The notes under the pieces were generated by a model. It was not told the DNA's origin and did no database searches. It saw nothing but the letters and a program-made list of their open reading frames with translations. Made by a program: the position numbers and the translations under genes. Below, one piece after another: positions 47,333 through 55,495 of a stretch of 64,000 bases of DNA. Position 1 is the first letter of the stretch. Each line of letters opens with the position of its first letter. The stretch is from a virus: IMG/VR virus record IMGVR_UViG_3300028800_000002, positions 122,444 to 186,443 of that record. One strand, given 5' to 3'.

Positions 47333-47368
47333 TCGCCACATCCGTACATTTAGGCTAGATTTTGCGGA

Positions 47369-47584
47369 ATGGCTACAGTTGCTGAGCGTAACGCCCGCCT
47401 TGATGCGCTGCAATTAGCAGTGACCCAGTACGCTGACAAGCAAAGAAAGACGTTGAACCGCAGGGTCGACGTGTGCCAAAGAACTTTGCAAGGCCGTACT
47501 GGGTCGACGCGGTTGGCTCAAGCAGCCGTCAGTCAGTCAACAGCGTTGGCGTATACCTCTATCAACGATTTCCTAACTGGATGA
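47369..47584 (+). CDS. Hypothetical protein
   Basis: 71 aa; TAGATT 7 nt upstream of ATG. Confidence 0.55.
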   Translation: MATVAERNARLDALQLAVTQYADKQRKTLNRRVDVCQRTLQGRTGSTRLAQAAVSQSTALAYTSINDFLTG

Positions 47585-47587
47585 TTT

Positions 47588-48001
47588 ATGAATTCACAAG
47601 TAAACCACATCTCAACGACTGGTACATCGGAAGAATTCGCCGCCAATGTGTTGAGGGATGCAGCGGAACAAGTAGTAGTTGGCGGTGCAGCAACTAGTTC
47701 GGTAGCCCCTTCGCCTGTTGGATCAGCAGTGCGCTTGGATGAACTTGACCATCTTCGTTACCAATTGCTTCGATCAAAGCTTGCCCATCAGCAAGACCTT
47801 GTGGGGATGTACGACAGAGAGTGCCAACGGGCACAGATAGATCTCGCCAACCTGTCACAAGAAGCTCGGCAGTTGTCAGATTCTTTCGCAGAGAAATACG
47901 GTGTGGATATGCAGTTGAACACGGTCACGACCGATGGCGTGATTATGCCTCTGCCTCCAGAGCAACGAGACTCAATCGTTCGTAAAATGCATCAAAGGTG
48001 A
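47588..48001 (+). CDS. Hypothetical coiled-coil protein
   Basis: 137-aa ORF. Confidence 0.55.
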   Translation: MNSQVNHISTTGTSEEFAANVLRDAAEQVVVGGAATSSVAPSPVGSAVRLDELDHLRYQLLRSKLAHQQDLVGMYDRECQRAQIDLANLSQEARQLSDSFAEKYGVDMQLNTVTTDGVIMPLPPEQRDSIVRKMHQR

Positions 48002-48002
48002 C

Positions 48003-49037
48003 ATGTCCAACATCATCGTAAGCCCTCTTCGGTCTGATACAACTCCAGCATTTGAGGTGGTGAACCTCGACATCCGCGTGCAGGATTCCGACTTTGTTGG
48101 TCAGTTCGACCAAATTGAAGTTTGGAGGTCTCGCGACACTGAGCAGGGGCCATACCGAGAGCTTACGGCTGATATGTGGAAACCAGCGCGCTTGCCCAAG
48201 ACCGGAGGAAATCCTCCGCTGGTTTTGACTGCAGGCGCATTGGTGCAAATAGTGGGGAAAACCCTTGAGTTTCTGCTGAAAGAAAAAGACTTGGTATCTG
48301 TGCTCTTCACGGGCACAGATCCTCTCACCTTGGCTCAGGTCGCTTTTCAAATAGCTGACCAAAGTGCTGGAAGACTCCGAGCGTACGTAGATGAGCAGGC
48401 ACAGTTAGTTGTAGAGACTCTAGAGCCCGGGACGGGCGCTTCATTGTGCGTGCTTCCTAGCGATGCAGCAGCCATCTTGATTCTTCCGTTAGCATCTCCG
48501 GACAATTTGGCATTTGGCAAGGATGCTCGAATTCCTCTGATGCAAGGGGTAGGCAGCTACACGTTCAGAGATGGGATGGGCTCTACCACGTACTACTACA
48601 AGATACGGCTCAGAAACCACAGCACTGGAGCCACTGGTGGGGACAGTATGGCGTTCGGATCTGGTCAGTCCATTGGGGTAAGTCCCGCCAATGTGGTGTG
48701 CGGCATGTTGGACTTGGTCGATCTGTCCGGTAAGCCCTTGATTGGATGTGAGGTGAGCTTGAATAGCCCCTTCAACGGCACACTGGTTGAGGGTAAGGCT
48801 TTGCTTGGTTGGGCGCTAAACGGAAAGACGGACAGCGCAGGGCACATTCAATTCAACTTGGTTCGTGGCGCTCACTATGAGCTTTCTATTGCAGGAGCGA
48901 ACTTGGTCAAAACCGTAATAGCTCCGATGGATCCCGCGATACCCTCTTTTGCGTTACTGGATGCCGACTTCTCAGAACAGCAGGATTATTTCCGAGTTCG
49001 AGTGCCACAGATACCCACCTTGCTTCGGAGTACTTGA
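48003..49037 (+). CDS. Probable virion structural protein
   Basis: Beta-rich; sheath-insert-like module plus C-terminal GKTDSAGHIQFNLVRGAHY Ig-like segment. Confidence 0.6.
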   Translation: MSNIIVSPLRSDTTPAFEVVNLDIRVQDSDFVGQFDQIEVWRSRDTEQGPYRELTADMWKPARLPKTGGNPPLVLTAGALVQIVGKTLEFLLKEKDLVSVLFTGTDPLTLAQVAFQIADQSAGRLRAYVDEQAQLVVETLEPGTGASLCVLPSDAAAILILPLASPDNLAFGKDARIPLMQGVGSYTFRDGMGSTTYYYKIRLRNHSTGATGGDSMAFGSGQSIGVSPANVVCGMLDLVDLSGKPLIGCEVSLNSPFNGTLVEGKALLGWALNGKTDSAGHIQFNLVRGAHYELSIAGANLVKTVIAPMDPAIPSFALLDADFSEQQDYFRVRVPQIPTLLRST

Positions 49038-49432
49038 TGTTGCCTGAGTTCGAATCGCCAGAGCAATTGCTCAATGATACTGTGTTGGTGGGCACAAGCT
49101 CGTCTGTCTTTCCTGCCGGTGACGACTTGTTTGTGCCCATTCATGTGGTGCCCCGCATTGAAACGAATACGGGGGTTACGCCGACTCCGGCGGGGCATAT
49201 AACCATCCAGTACATGTCCCAAGTGGGCATGCGTTCGGTGCATGTTCCTTGGACGCCTTCGCTCACTGTGGCGAGGGCGTTTTCTTTGGCGCGAAACCTG
49301 GACCCCATCTTCAAGCACGTGAATGTGTTTGGCTATGCCCGGGTCGTTAGGCGCCGGAGGGTAAAGCTGAACTTCACGCTCTTTATGGGTGATGTGATCG
49401 AACTCAATGACCGTCTGAAGCCCTTTAGGTGA
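49034..49432 (+). CDS. Hypothetical protein
   Basis: 132 aa, coupled to neighbours. Confidence 0.55.
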   Translation: MMLPEFESPEQLLNDTVLVGTSSSVFPAGDDLFVPIHVVPRIETNTGVTPTPAGHITIQYMSQVGMRSVHVPWTPSLTVARAFSLARNLDPIFKHVNVFGYARVVRRRRVKLNFTLFMGDVIELNDRLKPFR

Positions 49433-50322
49433 CCATGACCTTATCCAGTATTGACATCAATGTGCAGGACGATGCGGCGCTAAACCCACCAGTGGCGGGC
49501 GTAGTTGTTCGCGTCTTTGATTCAACAGGAACTAACTTCATTACGCAAGGCATTACAGGAGACGATGGGCACGTGGGGTTTGCGCTAGATGCGCCAGACA
49601 CGTACCAAGTTCGCTTCTTCATGGAGAGTTTCTCGATAAAGCAACCTCAAATCCTCGCCGCGCTAGACATGTTGGTCAATAAGTTCACAGCAATAGGTCA
49701 TGTCTACAAACCACCAGAGGCCGTGCACCCACGGTTGTGCTGCTGTTCGGGATTCTTCAAGAACCCAGACAATTCAGCAGCAGTCATGCACTTGATCCAC
49801 GTCATCCCAAAGTTCGACCCCATCCTGTTCGAAGGCTCTGCGATGCTGACGGAGCTGCTCAAGCAGAAAACGGATGAGAGGGGGTATGCCCAGTTCAATC
49901 TTGTCCGCATGGGGCAGTACCAAGTAACTGTCGAAGGATTCGAGGATGAGGTACGCATCATCACGATCCCCGATGCCCCAAGTGTCAATTTGCCAGACTT
50001 GTTGTTCCCGGTGGTGGATCTCATCACGTTCGATCCCCCAGGCCCGTACAGCATTGGAGAAGGGACTCAAAATGAAGTGGCAATTATTCCGACGGTTCAC
50101 ACGTCTGATGAGCGGGTTCTTCCAGGAATTGCTTCAGGCGATGTCCAGTGGTCGTCTAGTAATCCCGCCGTGCTCGCAGTTCTCGCTATCGGAACCAACT
50201 TGGTACTGCGCGGGATGTCGCCCGGGTTGGCCCGGATACAGGCAGTGCGTGTGGACACCTCCATCATCCGAATCCCCAACACACCCATCCAAGGCGTCCC
50301 CGTAGACGTGATGGTGGGCTAA
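49429..50322 (+). CDS. Ig-like/carboxypeptidase-regulatory-like virion protein
   Basis: PVAGVVVRVFD...GITGDDGHVGF; C-terminal VQWSSSNPAVLAV (Big_2-like). Confidence 0.65.
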   Translation: MTMTLSSIDINVQDDAALNPPVAGVVVRVFDSTGTNFITQGITGDDGHVGFALDAPDTYQVRFFMESFSIKQPQILAALDMLVNKFTAIGHVYKPPEAVHPRLCCCSGFFKNPDNSAAVMHLIHVIPKFDPILFEGSAMLTELLKQKTDERGYAQFNLVRMGQYQVTVEGFEDEVRIITIPDAPSVNLPDLLFPVVDLITFDPPGPYSIGEGTQNEVAIIPTVHTSDERVLPGIASGDVQWSSSNPAVLAVLAIGTNLVLRGMSPGLARIQAVRVDTSIIRIPNTPIQGVPVDVMVG

Positions 50323-51113
50323 TGGACAACCGCGATTACCAGCTACGGCAAGTCTTGAGCGACGTCACCCAAGGGGCGGAGGTCATGCGCTACATGGCCT
50401 TGGCCATGGAGGTGATCCCAAACATCTGGGTGTCGGCCAACTTCTTGACCGCCCTAACAACCCCGCTTCGAGCTTTGGACGGGCTGCTGGGGGATTCTCC
50501 GCTTCCTGTGCGGCATCGGGCTGCGCGCAGGCTTCCCCTCCGCTTGGTAGTCAAGACGCGCGGTCGGCGCCCCATGAAGCGGACACTTGCCGAACGTGAG
50601 CTCCCCAACGCCCTACCCAAGCCCCCGGATATCTCCAGCCTTGGTTTTCTGTCCAGCGTTACCATTGAGGCGAAGATCAGGTCCATTTCGGAAGCCTCTG
50701 CGTGCCGGGCGCTGTTGCTTGAGATTGTGCGCCGCGCAGCTTTCGACTGGGTGCTGTACCGCTCGAGCTCGAAGCTCATCAACCGGCAGCTGGCTGAAGG
50801 AGCTCACAGCTGGCTCTTCATCGAGGAGCCTGACTCTTCACTGGGCCTCATTCGCCACAAGAGCGGCAAGTCCTTGACTAGTTTCGTGGCGATCTGCGAG
50901 CTGCTCGACCTTGACCCCGACAGCGTCCGTGAGCGCATCAAGCTGTTGACCCGGCAAGAGATCATGAATGCAGGCCGCCCCGCGGAGCGCCGCAAGCACA
51001 AGACCATCTCTGAGGATGCTCTGCACACGGATGATCTGCGAGTATTCGATGTCGATGTGGACTGCCTGCCAATCCATGATCCGTTGTATAGCTCATACGC
51101 AACGGATAGCTAA
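50322..51113 (+). CDS. Hypothetical phage protein
   Basis: LLEIVRRAAFDW...WLF...SFVAICELLDLDPDSVRERI helical motif. Confidence 0.6.
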   Translation: MDNRDYQLRQVLSDVTQGAEVMRYMALAMEVIPNIWVSANFLTALTTPLRALDGLLGDSPLPVRHRAARRLPLRLVVKTRGRRPMKRTLAERELPNALPKPPDISSLGFLSSVTIEAKIRSISEASACRALLLEIVRRAAFDWVLYRSSSKLINRQLAEGAHSWLFIEEPDSSLGLIRHKSGKSLTSFVAICELLDLDPDSVRERIKLLTRQEIMNAGRPAERRKHKTISEDALHTDDLRVFDVDVDCLPIHDPLYSSYATDS

Positions 51114-51142
51114 AAATAAGGGCACCGTTGTAGTGCCCTTAT
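51112..51142 (-). terminator. Intrinsic terminator closing the - strand array transcript (possibly bidirectional)
   Basis: 10-bp stem ATAAGGGCAC/GTGCCCTTAT, 7-nt loop; followed by a T-run on the - strand. Confidence 0.8.
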
Positions 51143-51512
51143 CCCAATGAAATCCAAACTAGTTCTATGCCCCGCCTCGGTTCAATGATTTCGACTGTGT
51201 TCCCTGAAGGACTTTGGATCAATGCTTGAATGCGTCTTCGGTATCACAGTTTGGTTCAATGTACGAACTTTACATTCGATACCCACGCTTGGCTCAATCT
51301 CCTTGTAACTCTTCGCTTCCTAGAAATGATTCAATAGCCATTCTTGTTTTCGCTGTTCACTATAGATTCAATAACTTGTATCGATATTCCATGGCCCGGC
51401 TCGGTTCAATGTTGGGCAAAGTCTTCGGTCTGTCTCGACGGTTCAATGAGCAGCGTGACGTTACGTGTGCGGCGTAAGTTCAATGTTGGACGTAAGCTTC
51501 GCTGTCGGGCTT
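51140..51512 (-). repeat. Dual-repeat interspaced array (TIGR-like architecture), 37-38 nt period
   Basis: Repeat 1 starts at 51140, 51178, 51215, 51252, 51290, 51327, 51364, 51402, 51439, 51476; repeat 2 (ANNGAANN) always 9 nt after repeat 1 on the - strand. Confidence 0.88.
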
Positions 51513-51966
51513 TGCAGCCGTTGCACTTGTGCTTTCGCTTAGGAACTTTTCCTAGTATTTCGAATACAACCCTGTGCGCTTGCGATAGAGTAATTGGGTT
51601 GTTGTTATGCTTGCGCGAGTCAAGACGTACAGCTGTCATGATTGCCGCAGTATTGGTCACATCAACTTTTCCGCTCACCCAAATGAGAGCTTCGTGACTC
51701 ATGTACTTCCCGTAGGACTTTCCTAAGCGGGCTAAGGCCACATGGATGTTCCTCCAGTAACGAAAGTATTTACGGGTTACACAATAGAGCCAATCGCTAC
51801 AGGTTTTTCCACCTGCCTCCTCAGTTCTGGTTGCATCCCATCTTGTGTTTAGCTCAATCACAAGCTCAGCCGCTTGCTGCAGATCGGTATTTGTGCGTAG
51901 TTTTGCAGCTAGCTTCTTGCCTATTACGTCTAAAGGATCTCGTGGATCAAAGGTATCATCGCTCAT
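51406..51966 (-). CDS. Uncharacterised array-associated protein
   Basis: SD AAGGAG; 186 aa, basic, helical, CNGC; 3' end is encoded by the first array units. Confidence 0.7.
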   Translation of the reverse strand: MSDDTFDPRDPLDVIGKKLAAKLRTNTDLQQAAELVIELNTRWDATRTEEAGGKTCSDWLYCVTRKYFRYWRNIHVALARLGKSYGKYMSHEALIWVSGKVDVTNTAAIMTAVRLDSRKHNNNPITLSQAHRVVFEILGKVPKRKHKCNGCKARQRSLRPTLNLRRTRNVTLLIEPSRQTEDFAQH

Positions 51967-51987
51967 TACTGGGCTCCTTCTGAAATA

Positions 51988-51995
51988 CTTATCCC
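51988..51995 (-). promoter_or_regulatory. GGGATAAG promoter-like motif upstream of array-associated gene
   Basis: Same motif at same distance from SD at 27384-27391 and 27626-27634. Confidence 0.45.
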
Positions 51996-52132
51996 GGATT
52001 TCGCAATTTAGTTGCGAGTCTGGTAGACTTTGAGGTCTGCGAGTTGGCCGTCTGTGCAGTACACCGGAACATCTAGTCAGTAGGCTCGTAACAGCGCATA
52101 GATTCGATTATCTGCGGCATAAGAGAACCAAT

Positions 52133-52441
52133 ATGGGAGATATCATCGATCCGAAGCCACCTCAGTGGGAGCGCACGCCAGTGATGGAGGACGTGCGTGA
52201 AGATGGCGTGATTGATCTCGCCCGGCGAATTATGGAGCTAATTCAGCAGGATCTGGCGTCCACGGTAGAGCCCACAGTATTGCAACTGGCTGCATTGCGC
52301 TTGGCGCAGAAGGCTGTCATCGGGAACTACCAAATTCAAATGGGGGAAGAGGCAACGGCACTCTTGCTGAAACAGGCAAGAGAGTTGGCTGGTGTCTACG
52401 TGGTTAGAGGCACTGATGGAACCAACGAATACCAATTCTGA
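52133..52441 (+). CDS. Hypothetical protein
   Basis: 102-aa ORF. Confidence 0.55.
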   Translation: MGDIIDPKPPQWERTPVMEDVREDGVIDLARRIMELIQQDLASTVEPTVLQLAALRLAQKAVIGNYQIQMGEEATALLLKQARELAGVYVVRGTDGTNEYQF

Positions 52442-52592
52442 GCCCAAGTTAGATCTCGGTGGTCTTGACGTGCGGGAGACTGTCCCCTGTCCACCACCAA
52501 GCTTCTCATCGTGCCCGCCAGAAAGTGGGGTCTCTGTTGAATTTCCCAGAGATCCTCGGCTACCAAACTTACCTGGAGTGATACTCAAGTGA
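52416..52592 (+). CDS. Small Pro-rich hypothetical protein
   Basis: ATG with SD GAGG. Confidence 0.4.
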   Translation: MEPTNTNSEPKLDLGGLDVRETVPCPPPSFSSCPPESGVSVEFPRDPRLPNLPGVILK

Positions 52593-52632
52593 AACAACTG
52601 TACGAATTCATTACCGTGATATCGGGTGTTCT

Positions 52633-52971
52633 ATGCGTATGTCTGATTGCATGTTGGACGGTGGAGCAGCTGCTGGAAGAGGTATTTTTAGGCTTGGAGG
52701 AGACCTCGTAGTCATCTCTGAGCTCATGACTCAGGCCCAGTCTTTGCAGCAGGAGGGGATGGCCCTCAAGCTGCAGGGGCACCATAAAGAAGCGGTTGAG
52801 AAGTACCGCCAACTTTTGCAAGTGGTCCGTGCCCTGGAGTCGCTCCATGCTTTGGGGTGGCCTCAGGGCATCTCCATTCAGCTGGTACAACGTGCAATTG
52901 AAATCGAGGAAGACGATAGAAAAACCCCTTGTGACGAGGAGTACCAGGCTGCCCTGCAAGCCACGCACTAG
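52633..52971 (+). CDS. TPR-like helical protein
   Basis: QEGMALKLQGHHKEAVEKYRQLL. Confidence 0.45.
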   Translation: MRMSDCMLDGGAAAGRGIFRLGGDLVVISELMTQAQSLQQEGMALKLQGHHKEAVEKYRQLLQVVRALESLHALGWPQGISIQLVQRAIEIEEDDRKTPCDEEYQAALQATH

Positions 52972-52988
52972 CGTACCGAGTATCAAGC

Positions 52989-53831
52989 ATGGCCTTCAAA
53001 GGTAGGGGCCATCTAGAGCGCGCCATTCTTTGCCCTGAGTGCGGAGTGCCCATGGCGGAAAGGATGAGTGCCAAGTACGGGGGCTTTTACGGGTGCACCA
53101 GGTTCCCCCTCTGTGTTGGCACCCGCCCAGGTAAGGCAGGCCTCAATTCCTACACCAAGCTGCTGCACGAGGCTTACGCCAAGGCCTTGGTCTTTCTCAG
53201 CAGCCCCAGGCTTCTTGGAGCACAGGTAGCCTCGCTTTGGCTGATGTGTCGAGCGCTAGATTTGGACGATGATGAAACAGTAGCTGAACTACCAGCGCCG
53301 ACAGATCTGACTGATGCGGCATTGGAGAAGGCTATTGATGCAGCGGTGGCCTACGTGGTTGAGCACGGCTTTGACCAAGACTTCTTGGTGTTGGCGCACA
53401 GCGAGCGCTTGCTGCACATCAAGAGCAAGTTCAAGGCCAACATTACCCCGGACAGGATCCGCGCACTACCCAAGCCGGCAATTGTTCGCAGGTATGACGA
53501 AGGCACTTTGCTGCAACTTGAGGCAGCTATCACCGCAGACTGGAACAGTGAGGGCATGTACTGCCCGCGCTGTGGTAGTTGGGCAGAAAAGTGCCGAGTT
53601 GCTACGAATATCGATGGACTGCACTTCGACCTCGAAGCCGATGACGATATGCTCCCGTTTATTGGCTTCAACTGCACTGAGTGTGGAGAATTCAAGAAGC
53701 GCGGCAAAGTATATGTCTTCACAAATGACGTGGGTGAGCCTGGTGTAGTTCCGGGTATTGCCTTGGATGCCCCAGAAAGAATGCGCGAGGAAGATAGGCC
53801 AAGGATTGTATTCGATGTCGACAAAGACTGA
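52989..53831 (+). CDS. Protein with topoisomerase-type C4 zinc ribbon
   Basis: CPECGVPMAERMSAKYGGFYGCTRFPLC; second CPRC...CTEC. Confidence 0.7.
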   Translation: MAFKGRGHLERAILCPECGVPMAERMSAKYGGFYGCTRFPLCVGTRPGKAGLNSYTKLLHEAYAKALVFLSSPRLLGAQVASLWLMCRALDLDDDETVAELPAPTDLTDAALEKAIDAAVAYVVEHGFDQDFLVLAHSERLLHIKSKFKANITPDRIRALPKPAIVRRYDEGTLLQLEAAITADWNSEGMYCPRCGSWAEKCRVATNIDGLHFDLEADDDMLPFIGFNCTECGEFKKRGKVYVFTNDVGEPGVVPGIALDAPERMREEDRPRIVFDVDKD

Positions 53832-54567
53832 TCTGTTCACTTCAAAGGAAATCAGGTTGTGGTACTGCCTGCAGAGCAATGGGTGCCACGACCTGTATTA
53901 CACCAGGCGCGAAGACACATGCGCCATTGGCTCTATCCCCAAGTGGTGGGACAACGACCCAGAGGATTTGTCCACCATCTTGGGCATCGATGAATTCTCC
54001 AATGCCAATGCGGTTGAGATTGAAGGTTTGACCTTCCGTTACCCATGGCTGTACTGGGCACTCTGCAACGGGATAGCCCCTGGACAGTCGTTCCAGATAG
54101 CGTTCAGTGAGCCCACGTACACCAGGACATCCTGGGAGTACAACGAGTGGGATGCAGAATGGGATGGATTCGTATGCCAAATAGAGCCATGGCCTACTTC
54201 ATACATTGTGCGTCGATGGTCTAGCTTTTTGACTAAGTTAGAGCGTCAGCGACTATTTGCAGTACGCGAGTACAAGGAACTGGAGAGATCTGTGATGAAG
54301 AACACCGGGGCCATGGTGATTCAGCAATCCAGCTACACTCCTAACAATGGCCCCATGTACAAAGGGGTACGTCTTTCCCTGAACTCCACATTGCGTAAAA
54401 CGCATGCTTCAGCAAGTGGCAAGTACGTGTGTACGCAATGGGGCACTGGCTTCAACGACAGTGGGAACTTGAATGTGGCCATGGCACAGTTGGTCAAAGA
54501 GGCTTGTGCCTCCAATTCTTTCCTGTGCCCAGAGGTAATCTATTCCATGGAGGTAAAACACACGTGA
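53815..54567 (+). CDS. Hypothetical protein
   Basis: Start moved to MSTKTD. Confidence 0.6.
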   Translation: MSTKTDLFTSKEIRLWYCLQSNGCHDLYYTRREDTCAIGSIPKWWDNDPEDLSTILGIDEFSNANAVEIEGLTFRYPWLYWALCNGIAPGQSFQIAFSEPTYTRTSWEYNEWDAEWDGFVCQIEPWPTSYIVRRWSSFLTKLERQRLFAVREYKELERSVMKNTGAMVIQQSSYTPNNGPMYKGVRLSLNSTLRKTHASASGKYVCTQWGTGFNDSGNLNVAMAQLVKEACASNSFLCPEVIYSMEVKHT

Positions 54568-54977
54568 GCAGAATGGCTTTGCTTCAACAACGAGTACTGC
54601 ATTATGCCAGAGAATGGTGGGTGGCGCATCGTTCCGAAGGGATGACGGATAGGCAGCATTTGGCTGATCCAACGGTAGGCGTATACACGCAGCACTGTAC
54701 GGATCATGAGATCAGGTTAGCTCGAGCGGTGGCCAGGTTGGTTGAGTGCTCGTGGGAAACTGATGAGGCTGCCAACTTGGTGAAAGACTTATTGGCTTGC
54801 TCCAAAGGGCTTGAAGCCAATAACTGGAGGACCTGCGATGAGGTACGTGACCGAGTTGAGATCTACAGGCGCGCTGAAGTCTTTTTGGGCAAGCGTGAAG
54901 TAACGGATGATTGCGAACCACAGAAAAGTAGGCCGCGTAGGTTCGTGCGCCTTTTGGGTAGGGGCGGTCCCTATTGA
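54564..54977 (+). CDS. Hypothetical protein
   Basis: GTGA coupling with upstream stop. Confidence 0.55.
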   Translation: MSRMALLQQRVLHYAREWWVAHRSEGMTDRQHLADPTVGVYTQHCTDHEIRLARAVARLVECSWETDEAANLVKDLLACSKGLEANNWRTCDEVRDRVEIYRRAEVFLGKREVTDDCEPQKSRPRRFVRLLGRGGPY

Positions 54978-55218
54978 GTTGCCCATGCCGTTACTAGCAA
55001 GGCCTCGACTCTGGCTGAGAAGTTTGTGGCGTAGGCAAGGCAATACGAAAGCGCTTCTCGTTGAGCGTGCGCTACGATCCGAGTACAAGTACATCTGCAT
55101 AATAATGGATGCGACCCAGTCAACTTACGAGGAGGCCGAAGATGCATTCAATAGAGCAAAGTCGGAGGCGGAAACAGAGAAAGCGACGAAGGCGAAGAGT
55201 TCTGCTGAAGACAGCTAG
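54907..55218 (+). CDS. Hypothetical protein (start uncertain)
   Basis: ORF track. Confidence 0.4.
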   Translation: MIANHRKVGRVGSCAFWVGAVPIELPMPLLARPRLWLRSLWRRQGNTKALLVERALRSEYKYICIIMDATQSTYEEAEDAFNRAKSEAETEKATKAKSSAEDS

Positions 55219-55225
55219 ATACGCT

Positions 55226-55495
55226 ATGCTCTCTGCTGTTCAGCAAGAAAACAGGGTTGCCCGCCGCATGGAGTACGCGATAGAAGTTGGAGAGCATATC
55301 CATGCTGAATTAGAGGCCGAGGCACGGCGGGCAGCTAGGTTGCAGAATACAACCATGGGCCACCACTTCTCCGGTATACCAGTGGTGGATCGTGACCATG
55401 CTAAGTCTCTGCTGAGATCGTGGCTAAAAGCGTTCCCAGCGATGCGTCAATATTTGGTAAACTACGATGAGTCGACGCAAGAAGAAAGGGCATAG
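55226..55495 (+). CDS. Hypothetical protein
   Basis: Start moved to MLSAVQ. Confidence 0.5.
   Translation: MLSAVQQENRVARRMEYAIEVGEHIHAELEAEARRAARLQNTTMGHHFSGIPVVDRDHAKSLLRSWLKAFPAMRQYLVNYDESTQEERA

Noticed and set aside
51140-51512. Calling the array a CRISPR array
   Set aside because: Repeats are only 8-10 nt, of two alternating types, degenerate and non-palindromic; no cas gene in the window.
51140-51512. Explaining the repeats as an Ile-Glu-Pro peptide repeat or as ORF 51214-51477
   Set aside because: The 37-38 nt period shifts the motif through all three frames and - strand frames contain stops; the + strand ORF has no SD and appears incidental.
51406-51966. Naming the array-associated ORF a Tas (Nop-domain) protein
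   Set aside because: No Nop/IS110-like motif recognisable by eye; needs a profile or structure search.
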